From the IMG/VR virus record IMGVR_UViG_3300030119_000590, positions 1 to 64,000 of that record: DNA of 64,000 bases, one strand, 5' to 3'. Positions 49,039 through 57,070 of this stretch are shown here, one piece after another. The notes below the pieces were generated by a model that had not been told where the DNA came from, searched no databases, and saw only the letters and a program-made list of their open reading frames with translations. Both the position numbers and the translations under genes were made by a program. Position 1 is the first letter of the stretch, and every line of letters starts with the position of its first letter. The stretch comes from a virus.

Positions 49039-49750
49039 ATTAAAAGAATATGTTACACAAGTTTTACTTGAGGTTGCTGAATATCCATGCGAAGTAAACG
49101 GAAAATTAGTTAAAAAATCAATGGGATTTTCTGGTTATGTAAGAGAAGTGGTTTCCGAAGGAACAATTTCCGATGCAAACAAATGGGCAACCAACGAAAA
49201 GTTAAACTTTGTAAAGTCTAATGATTCAAGATTCGGAGGATACTATACTGATGAATTGTCAGTATATGAGTTTTGTGCAAATCCGGAATATTATGGTGAT
49301 TTAATGGAATCTGATATGACTGCACAAGATACCCTTGCTCGTTTGGTTGGTGAAAACGATCAAGTTCTTGAGGAATTGGATACAGAGCAAGTATCTTTGT
49401 TTGTTAACGAGTTGATGCAAAATGAGTTGTTTCTAAAAACAAGAGTCACACCAATATTTTCAAATTTGTCCACCAAGATTTTAGAAGGAATGACAGATCC
49501 AAAGCAAATCAATAGATTTCTAGAAACATTAATTTCAGAAGGAATAAAATGTGTATTTGATGAAGACGTGGAATTAACTGAATCAGAAATTAAAATTGCT
49601 ACACAACAACTTCGTTCAGAATTAAACTCACATATAGAATCGATTACCGAAGTATGTGATTCGTGTGTTGATTCTGATAACAAAGGAATTTTATTTAAAA
49701 ACTATCAAAAGATGATAAGTGACCACAGACATTTTTTACCAATTAAGTAA
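49025..49750 (+). CDS. hypothetical head-module protein
   Basis: MKRSELKEYVTQVLLEV N-terminus; GAGG RBS. Confidence 0.7.
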   Translation: MKRSELKEYVTQVLLEVAEYPCEVNGKLVKKSMGFSGYVREVVSEGTISDANKWATNEKLNFVKSNDSRFGGYYTDELSVYEFCANPEYYGDLMESDMTAQDTLARLVGENDQVLEELDTEQVSLFVNELMQNELFLKTRVTPIFSNLSTKILEGMTDPKQINRFLETLISEGIKCVFDEDVELTESEIKIATQQLRSELNSHIESITEVCDSCVDSDNKGILFKNYQKMISDHRHFLPIK

Positions 49751-49764
49751 AGGTATGTATTATT

Positions 49765-50427
49765 ATGAAAATTACAAGAAAAGAATTAAAAGAGATTATT
49801 GAAGAAGTTGCAACTGAACTTGGATTATTTGAAGGGTTAACCGCTGCACAAGAAAAGTTACCAGAACCACTCAAGGCTGCTATACTTAAAAAACAAGAAA
49901 GTGAAGGTGATGCAGATGAAGAAGAAGCAATTGAAGAAGGAAACGCATTCGGTGACGCAGTTCGTAAAGCACGTGAAAACGGTGATGAAGAATTTGAAGT
50001 GGGTGGTAAGACTTATCCATTAAAAGAAAAAGTTATCGAGGAAAGTGAAGACACAGAAGAATTTACTGGTGAAGAAGTAAAAAAAGAATCTCATTGCCAC
50101 TCTGAAGAAGATGATGCGGATGTTGAAGAAGGAAACGCATTCGGTGACGCAGTTCGTAAAGCAAAGGAAGCAGGTGAAGACGAATTTGAAGTTGACGGAA
50201 AAACTTATCCTGTGAAAGAAGAAGAAGATGTTATCGAAGACGAAGAAGAAGTTGAAGAAGGAAACGCATTCGGTGACGCAGTTCGTAAAGCAAAGGAAGC
50301 AGGTGAAGACGAATTTGAAGTTGGTGGAAAAACTTATCAAGTTAAAGAAATCGAAGCAAGAAAATTCAAGAATGCAACGTTATCAGAAACTCTTGCAAGA
50401 ATCCAAGGCAACAAAAAAATATTGTAA
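49765..50427 (+). CDS. acidic repeat-containing prohead/internal protein
   Basis: Three copies of EEGNAFGDAVRKA(K/R)ExGxxEFEVxGKTYx(L/V)KE. Confidence 0.8.
   Translation: MKITRKELKEIIEEVATELGLFEGLTAAQEKLPEPLKAAILKKQESEGDADEEEAIEEGNAFGDAVRKARENGDEEFEVGGKTYPLKEKVIEESEDTEEFTGEEVKKESHCHSEEDDADVEEGNAFGDAVRKAKEAGEDEFEVDGKTYPVKEEEDVIEDEEEVEEGNAFGDAVRKAKEAGEDEFEVGGKTYQVKEIEARKFKNATLSETLARIQGNKKIL
49931..50349 (+). repeat. three ~100-bp direct repeats (about 49931, 50122, 50251)
   Basis: Each contains ttgaagaaggaaacgcattcggtgacgcagttcgtaaagca; copies 2 and 3 are nearly identical. Confidence 0.9.
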
Positions 50428-50455
50428 TATAATTCAATAAAATACATTTATTATT

Positions 50456-50487
50456 AAAAGAGTGGGAATAGTCCCACTCTTTTTTTT
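50456..50487 (+). terminator. rho-independent terminator
   Basis: AAAAGAGTGGGA-ATAG-TCCCACTCTTTTTTTT. Confidence 0.9.
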
Positions 50488-50630
50488 AGTTTTTTTAACT
50501 TTTTTTAATATTTTCGTATTTAGATATATATTTATTTTCAAAATGTTCCACTTTATTGGAAACAAGACCAAAGGTTTTAACCTGATTGAAGTCCTTAATG
50601 ACTTTACAAATTAATCAAGGAAATTATACC

Positions 50631-51959
50631 ATGAGTAAATTATTAAAAGAGGCCATCGCTGATGCTAAAGCTGTTCGTGAGACTGCACTTGCAAATGCAA
50701 GACTTGCTCTTGAGGAAGCATTTGCTCCTCGTTTGCAAAGTATGCTTACGAAGAAGTTGAAGGAAGAAGAGATGGATCTGGAGGATGACGTAGTTGCCCC
50801 TGAGGATGACGAAGTCGAAGTTGCTGAAGAAGAATCAGAAGAAGTTCACGGAGAAGAAGACGAAACTGTTGAATATGACGAAGAATCAATGGAAGAAGGT
50901 TCATACTCCGAGGAAGATTCTGAGGAAGAAGAAGCAGAAGAAGTTGCTGACGAAGAAGCAGAAGAAGTTGCTGACGAAGAAGAAGCAGAAGAAGTTGCTG
51001 ACGAAGAAGAAGCAGAAGAAGTTGCTGACGAAGAAGCAGACGAAGAAGAAGTTGAGGAAGACGATCTTTATGAAGAAGATGAAGAAGAAGATTCTCTTGA
51101 CTTGGAAAGTATCATTAAAGAGCTGGAAGCAGATCTTGAAATTAATGAAGATGAAGAAGAAGCAGTTGAAGAACAATCCGATTCTTCCGAAATTGGAAAG
51201 GCAGATAACCATGTTGATGTAGCAGATCATAGTGATGGTGAAGATCCACAAGGTACAAGTCTTACCGAAGAAGAAGAAGACCAAACGGAAGAAGACGAAT
51301 CAACTGAAGATTTGGAAGAAGAAATCGATATCGAAATCGTTGACGAAGAAAAGTATGACGAGGAGGACGAAACTGATGAATCCGATGAAGAATCAATGGA
51401 AGAAGGTTCATACTCTGAAGAAGATGAAGAAGAAATCGACCTTGAAGAAATTCTCAAGGAACTTGAAGAAGAGTCAACTGACGTAGTGGAAGAAGACGAA
51501 ACTTCAGCTGAAATTGAAGAATTGAGATCAACCAATGAAAAGCTTCAAAAAGAAAACGATGAATACCGCAAGGTTTACAAACTGTTGCGCGGTAAGTTGA
51601 ACGAAGTGAACTTGCTTAACGCAAAACTTCTTTACACGAACAAATTGTTCAAGGAGTTTGCACTTGAGGAAGATCAAAAATTGAAAGTCGTAGAAAGTTT
51701 TGACCTCACGAAGAATGTTCGTGAAGCAAAATTGGTCTATGCAACTCTTGGTGAGTCATTCCGCACTACTGTGGAGTCACGCATTGTTGAAACAGAAAAG
51801 AAAGTTGAAAAATCTGCTCCTGCTCCAACTGCAAAGAAGTCACTTACGGAAGGTTTGGCATCCAAGGCAATCAAGTCAACAAAACCATCAAAGCAAATTC
51901 TTTCGGAAGGCAATGACCTTGCTGACCGTTTCAAGAAACTTGCCGGAATCGTTGAATAA
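50631..51959 (+). CDS. gp22: prohead scaffold/core protein (gp22-like)
   Basis: MSKLLKEAIADAKAVRETALANARLALEEAF, very acidic middle, LNEVNLLNAKLLY; directly upstream of the MCP. Start set at ATG 50631 (AAGGA RBS). Confidence 0.85.
   Translation: MSKLLKEAIADAKAVRETALANARLALEEAFAPRLQSMLTKKLKEEEMDLEDDVVAPEDDEVEVAEEESEEVHGEEDETVEYDEESMEEGSYSEEDSEEEEAEEVADEEAEEVADEEEAEEVADEEEAEEVADEEADEEEVEEDDLYEEDEEEDSLDLESIIKELEADLEINEDEEEAVEEQSDSSEIGKADNHVDVADHSDGEDPQGTSLTEEEEDQTEEDESTEDLEEEIDIEIVDEEKYDEEDETDESDEESMEEGSYSEEDEEEIDLEEILKELEEESTDVVEEDETSAEIEELRSTNEKLQKENDEYRKVYKLLRGKLNEVNLLNAKLLYTNKLFKEFALEEDQKLKVVESFDLTKNVREAKLVYATLGESFRTTVESRIVETEKKVEKSAPAPTAKKSLTEGLASKAIKSTKPSKQILSEGNDLADRFKKLAGIVE
50926..51050 (+). 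repeat. tandem 24/27-bp repeat encoding (E)EEAEEVAD x4
   Basis: gaagaagcagaagaagttgctgac repeated. Confidence 0.9.
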
Positions 51960-51997
51960 ATTAAAACAAAACATTAAATTCAAAAGGAATTAAAAAA

Positions 51998-53425
51998 ATG
52001 AGCGAAATCAGTAAATTATTGAAAGATAGTCAAAATCCTCAACAAAGACTTATGGCAGAAACCCGTGGTCTTGTATCAAAGTGGGAAAAGACAGGTCTTT
52101 TAGAAGGTATCGGTACAGATACAGAAAAGAGCGGCATGGCTGTTCTTCTTGAAAACCAAGCAAAGCAGTTGATTGACGAGGCATCTCGTACAGGAACATC
52201 AGCAAACTCGGAAGAGTGGAGTGGTGTTGCTTTACCTCTCGTACGTCGTGTGTTTGCAGAAATCGCAGCGAAGGAATTCGTTTCGGTTCAACCAATGAAT
52301 CTCCCGTCTGGGTTGATTTTCTACTTAGACTTCAAGTACGGAACAGACCAATCCGCACAACAATCTGGTGGAAGTCTTTTCGGTGGAACAGGTGCAACCA
52401 AGTCAACAGACGCCGCAAGTGGGGGTCTTTATGGTTCAGGTGCACATGGTTATTCATTGAATGACAAAACTGTTGCAGTTAACGAAAATGATGTTATCGG
52501 TACAGCAGTCGCAACAGACGCAGACCTTGATGGTCTTGCAGCGTTTACGGTTGTTGAAGCAGACGGAACTGTTAATGCAGTCACAACTACAGCAGCTCCT
52601 GCTACAGGAACACTTCACTATCACGCAGCTCCAACCGACATCACCCGTGGTGATTTCGAGGCTGCTGAAGATGCTACTGAAGGTGCAGTAACAGGTTCCC
52701 AAGACGTCGGAATTCCGGAAGTTAACTTGGAACTTAAGAGTGAACCAATCGTTGCAAAGACACGTAAGTTGAAAGCAGTTTGGACACCTGAGTTGGCACA
52801 AGACCTCAATGCTTATCATAGTGTTGACGCAGAAGCAGAACTTACATCACTTCTTTCCGAGTATGTTTCAATGGAAATCGACTTGGAAATTCTTGATATG
52901 CTTCTTGCAAACGCAGGTAGTGTTGACACAAATGCGTTTAACGCAACAGCGGGACTCGCAGGTGGTGAGACTCAAGGAACATTGTTCCAGAAGCTCGGCA
53001 CAAAGATTCAAGCAATGAGCAACAAGATTCATCAGTTGACTCTTCGTGGTGGTGCAAACTTCTTGGTTTGTTCTCCACAAGTTGCTACCATTCTTGAAAG
53101 TATCCCAGGATACGCAGCTGACACAGACGGAAATCAGTCGCAGTTTGCAATGGGTGTTACCAAGGTTGGTGCGTTGAACAATCGTTTCCAAGTTTACAAG
53201 AACCCATACATGACAAGTGGTGATGTTCTCGTAGGTTTCAGAGGTGCAAACTTCCTTGAAACAGGTGCGGTTTATGCTCCATATGTACCGTTAATCCAAA
53301 CACCATTGGTATACGATCCGGTCAACTTTACTCCACGTCGTGGTGTAATGACCCGTTATGCCAAGAAGATGGTTCGTCCAGAATTCTACGGAAAACTTTC
53401 CGTTACAAATGCAGACGCATTATAA
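51998..53425 (+). CDS. gp23: major capsid protein (T4 gp23-like)
   Basis: KWEKTGLLEG, VSVQPMNLPSGLIFYL, AKTRKLKAVWTPELAQDLNAYH, YAPYVPL, GVMTRYA. Confidence 0.97.
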   Translation: MSEISKLLKDSQNPQQRLMAETRGLVSKWEKTGLLEGIGTDTEKSGMAVLLENQAKQLIDEASRTGTSANSEEWSGVALPLVRRVFAEIAAKEFVSVQPMNLPSGLIFYLDFKYGTDQSAQQSGGSLFGGTGATKSTDAASGGLYGSGAHGYSLNDKTVAVNENDVIGTAVATDADLDGLAAFTVVEADGTVNAVTTTAAPATGTLHYHAAPTDITRGDFEAAEDATEGAVTGSQDVGIPEVNLELKSEPIVAKTRKLKAVWTPELAQDLNAYHSVDAEAELTSLLSEYVSMEIDLEILDMLLANAGSVDTNAFNATAGLAGGETQGTLFQKLGTKIQAMSNKIHQLTLRGGANFLVCSPQVATILESIPGYAADTDGNQSQFAMGVTKVGALNNRFQVYKNPYMTSGDVLVGFRGANFLETGAVYAPYVPLIQTPLVYDPVNFTPRRGVMTRYAKKMVRPEFYGKLSVTNADAL

Positions 53426-53450
53426 TTCTGTTTGGAATAACACAAAATTT

Positions 53451-53478
53451 AAGAGGGGTTCTTTTGAACCCCTCTTTT
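53451..53478 (+). terminator. rho-independent terminator after the MCP gene
   Basis: AAGAGGGGTTC-TTTT-GAACCCCTCTTTT. Confidence 0.9.
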
Positions 53479-53521
53479 ATTTTATAACGATTACTATGAT
53501 TGGTGTATATTTATAGACAAT

Positions 53522-54916
53522 ATGAGTGAAGAAGAGAACAACACCAACGAGTCAACTGAATCAAAACATGAACTTGAGCGTGTAAGGTGGGAAGGAAAAA
53601 CTACATCTCCTATAGGTCAAACACCATTTGGTTTTTTTGATGGAGATGTACAATTTACTTCGTTTGCACCAAAAGCAGCTGATTGGGCTGCGAAACGTTT
53701 GGGTTATCCGATTGTTGATATAGAAATGATAGATGTTCAGTTTTATGCTTGCTTTGAAGAAGCAGTAACCGAGTATAGTGCTCAAGTTAATCAGTTTTCT
53801 ATCAAGCAGAATTTATATAGTCTTCGTGGAACTACCACAAGTGTTAATTTAACGACATCCGTTTTACAAACTCAACCACTTCCTTTTTATTTAAAGTTGT
53901 CAGAAGCATATGGTGCGGAAGTAGGTGCGGGTGGAAACGTAGATTGGAGAAAGGCATCGTTGGAAGTCAAGAAGGGTGTTCAGACATATGACTTACAAGG
54001 TTTGTTTGACCATTGCTACAAAGACCCAAAGTCGGGTGAAATTAGACAAGAAAAAATAGAAGTAAAACGGATATTTCACCAAGCACCTCCAAGTTTAAAT
54101 AGAATTTACGATCCCCATGCATCTGGTATGACTCATCAAAACATTATGAGTGAGTTTGGTTGGGGAAATATGTCAGTTGCGGGTTCTCAATTTTTACTAA
54201 GACCCCTCAATGAAGACCTAATGCGTCTTCAGGCAATTGAGTTTAATGAAAGTGTCCGAAAAAGTGCTTATAGTTTTGAACTCATAAACAATAAACTTAC
54301 TTTGTTCCCGGTTCCTGAGAAGGATTATACTTTATGGTTTGATTATATATTCAAACGAGAACGAGATATAGCAGCTGTGCAAGGTTATGTGGATGCTGAA
54401 GATTTTAATACTATACCGAAATGTCAAACTGAAGTTGTTGAAGAAACAACTGAGCAGGTGGTAATTGACGATAATACCTGTGCAGACGGTACGACTCCTA
54501 CTCCAAGTCCAAGTTTGTCTGATGATTCGTGTCCAACTCCACCTGATGATTGTGGGTATGGAATAGATAAAGCAGTAACGGATTTTAGTAATGTTCCTTA
54601 TCAATTTCATAACTTTGCAACAATCAATGATGTTGGAAAGAGGTGGATTATGAAATACTATCTTGCATTGTGTAAAGAACTATTGGGTTCTATTCGTGCA
54701 AAATATCAAAGTATTCCTATTCCAGGTGGAGAAACCTCACTTGACGGAGATACGTTAAGAAGTGAAGCAACGGCTGAAAAAGAACAACTTATTACGGAGT
54801 TACGAGAAGACTTAGAGGTGACGAGTCGCAGTACCACAAGTGAATCGTTGAATCAGATTTCAGATAATTTACAAGAGAATTTAAAGAAAGTACCAAATTT
54901 TTTATACATAGGTTAA
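53522..54916 (+). CDS. neck / head-tail adaptor protein (gp13-like)
   Basis: RLGYPIVDIE...CFEEA and WIMKYYLALCKELLGSIRAKY..IPIPGGETSLDG; position after the MCP. Confidence 0.8.
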   Translation: MSEEENNTNESTESKHELERVRWEGKTTSPIGQTPFGFFDGDVQFTSFAPKAADWAAKRLGYPIVDIEMIDVQFYACFEEAVTEYSAQVNQFSIKQNLYSLRGTTTSVNLTTSVLQTQPLPFYLKLSEAYGAEVGAGGNVDWRKASLEVKKGVQTYDLQGLFDHCYKDPKSGEIRQEKIEVKRIFHQAPPSLNRIYDPHASGMTHQNIMSEFGWGNMSVAGSQFLLRPLNEDLMRLQAIEFNESVRKSAYSFELINNKLTLFPVPEKDYTLWFDYIFKRERDIAAVQGYVDAEDFNTIPKCQTEVVEETTEQVVIDDNTCADGTTPTPSPSLSDDSCPTPPDDCGYGIDKAVTDFSNVPYQFHNFATINDVGKRWIMKYYLALCKELLGSIRAKYQSIPIPGGETSLDGDTLRSEATAEKEQLITELREDLEVTSRSTTSESLNQISDNLQENLKKVPNFLYIG

Positions 54917-54917
54917 T

Positions 54918-55385
54918 ATGGAGAGATCAAGAGGCAGATACTTCTCACGCAGAGATGTCAGACTCATGAATAGCATAAATGGTGAATTGATGCTTAATAT
55001 AATTGAGCAGATTGTTGTGCTATTCAAAGTCAACCCTCACAGTACCCAATCAAATGTTTATGGAGAAAGTATAGACAAATATTATTATCCTGGTGTAGAA
55101 ATTTCATGTTTGGTTGAAACTGACCCAAGAAGTACTTTATATGAAGGTTTTGGACCGGATGTGAAAAAAGGAACATTGTTTAGACTTCATCAAAAGTTGT
55201 GTGAAATAAAAGAAATGTATGCAGAAGTTGGTGACATCGTAATGTGGGAAAATGCGTACTTTGAAATTGATAATGTAGTAGAGAATCAATTTTTGGGTGG
55301 ACAACCTGAAAAAAATTATAGTCTGTTATGTAATGCTCATATGTCTAGAATAAGTAGACTGAATATAATGGAGAGAAATGCTTGA
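54918..55385 (+). CDS. head completion / neck protein (gp14-like)
   Basis: NVYGES..KYY, EVGDIVMWENAYFEI; synteny. Confidence 0.7.
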   Translation: MERSRGRYFSRRDVRLMNSINGELMLNIIEQIVVLFKVNPHSTQSNVYGESIDKYYYPGVEISCLVETDPRSTLYEGFGPDVKKGTLFRLHQKLCEIKEMYAEVGDIVMWENAYFEIDNVVENQFLGGQPEKNYSLLCNAHMSRISRLNIMERNA

Positions 55386-56635
55386 TGGACTATGATAAGG
55401 TAACAAATCCATTTATTACTCTTAAAAAGATGTCTGGTGACAAAGAGCAGGACTTTACCGCTCAACTTAATACTGCTCCACCAAATGTGGATAATGATCA
55501 GTATAGGTCTAATTTAAAAGAAAGTAATCACTCGTTGTATTCTGACCGACGTGAAGAAAAGTTGCGTATGGGTGAAAATACCAATACGTTTGAAAATTAT
55601 GCAATTACTTTACTTGATATAGACAACATCATTTATGAATACTTTGTAAATGTTATTCGTCCACAGGTATTGGATACAGCTGGAAGTGTAATTAATGTTC
55701 CAGTTCGTCACGCATCACCTGAAAAGTGGCACGCTATTCAAAATGATGGTGCGTATCGTGATGCAAAAGGGCAAATACAACGTCCGATGATTATTTTTAC
55801 TCGTACTTCGGTTTCACGTGACGATGAGTTTGTTCACTTTAACAAATATTTGTCAGTTCCGTTCGTCAAGAAGTTTGATTCAAAGAATATGTACGATAAG
55901 TTTAGTATTTTAAACGATATGCAACCTGTTTATGAAGTTCATAATGTAACGTTTCCTGACCATGTTATTCTAAATTACGATTTCACAATGAACACAGATT
56001 ATGTTGAACAAATGAATATGTTGGTGGAAAAAATTAATTTTGCAAGTGATGATTATTGGGGAGATCCAAAGAGATTAAAGTTTAGAACAAAGATTGATAG
56101 TTTTTCAAATTCGGTTGAATCGTCTGATTCTGATGATAGAAACGTATCAACTACTTTCAGTTTAACAGTAAATGCTTATTTGTTACCAGAGGTTTTTGAT
56201 GATAGAATGACTGTTAAACGACAGGTTTCAAAACGAAAAGTATTATGGGGAACTGAGGCAGTTGCAAGTGATGACCCAAGACTTTTAGGAAATCAAGATA
56301 CTTTATCATTAACAAACGAAAAGAAAACTTCGTTTGGCACGAAAATAATCATTTTAGACAGAACCTTTAGTGAGTTACACTTAGATGCAAGAAATTCGGT
56401 TTATGATGTTCGTATGAGATTGGACGAAGAGTTTTATACAATAGAAACCGAAGATGATTCTTTTATGATTAGAGTAGATAATACCGATAAACATCCGGTT
56501 TTTATTTGGGACTATGAACGAAACGAAGTTGAAATGCGTCCTGGTGATAAAATCAATATAAATGTTGGAACACAAATGTTCGAACTTGAGATTGATAAGA
56601 AATCAGTAGAGATGTTTACAATAAAAAGAATTTAA
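55385..56635 (+). CDS. tail terminator / sheath stabiliser (gp15-like)
   Basis: VPVRHASPEKW, PMIIFTR, PDHVILNYDF..TDYVEQMN; synteny. Confidence 0.7.
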   Translation: MDYDKVTNPFITLKKMSGDKEQDFTAQLNTAPPNVDNDQYRSNLKESNHSLYSDRREEKLRMGENTNTFENYAITLLDIDNIIYEYFVNVIRPQVLDTAGSVINVPVRHASPEKWHAIQNDGAYRDAKGQIQRPMIIFTRTSVSRDDEFVHFNKYLSVPFVKKFDSKNMYDKFSILNDMQPVYEVHNVTFPDHVILNYDFTMNTDYVEQMNMLVEKINFASDDYWGDPKRLKFRTKIDSFSNSVESSDSDDRNVSTTFSLTVNAYLLPEVFDDRMTVKRQVSKRKVLWGTEAVASDDPRLLGNQDTLSLTNEKKTSFGTKIIILDRTFSELHLDARNSVYDVRMRLDEEFYTIETEDDSFMIRVDNTDKHPVFIWDYERNEVEMRPGDKININVGTQMFELEIDKKSVEMFTIKRI

Positions 56636-56645
56636 TTTTATTTAC

Positions 56646-56674
56646 TTGATTTATTGACAATAAGTTAATATCAT
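56646..56674 (+). promoter_or_regulatory. sigma70-like promoter
   Basis: TTGATT-17 bp-TATCAT; predicted +1 at about ATG 56681. Confidence 0.5.
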
Positions 56675-56680
56675 ATAAGC

Positions 56681-56971
56681 ATGGATAATAACGAAATTAA
56701 ATTAACCACAGATGAACAGGCTGAAATGCTTGAATTAAATCAAGAGTACCAAACTGTATTAATTGATATGGGTCAGTTGCAAATGCAAAGATTGCAATTA
56801 AAAGAGCAACTTGAAGAATTAGATTCTACGGAAACTCATTGCAAATCCGCATATGCCGAAATTGAGAAAAAAGAACTTAATTTTAGAAATAGATTAATCA
56901 AAAAGTATGGAGATGGTGAACTAGACGCACATACAGGTGTGTTTATTGTAGCAGAAAAAAATCGCAATTAA
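56681..56971 (+). CDS. small coiled-coil hypothetical protein
   Basis: 96 aa ending in KYGDGELDAHTGVF. Confidence 0.75.
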   Translation: MDNNEIKLTTDEQAEMLELNQEYQTVLIDMGQLQMQRLQLKEQLEELDSTETHCKSAYAEIEKKELNFRNRLIKKYGDGELDAHTGVFIVAEKNRN

Positions 56972-57070
56972 ATATTGTGTTTGGATTTTTTTGGGCATAT
57001 TTATATGAAAAAGTCATTATAACTTTCCCAAAAAACCAACATTAACCAATATATTAGGAGATTATCGAAG

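Noticed and set aside
49931-50349. Direct repeats with spacers resembling a CRISPR array
   Set aside because: Units are about 100 bp, in frame and protein-coding, with irregular spacers and no cas genes.
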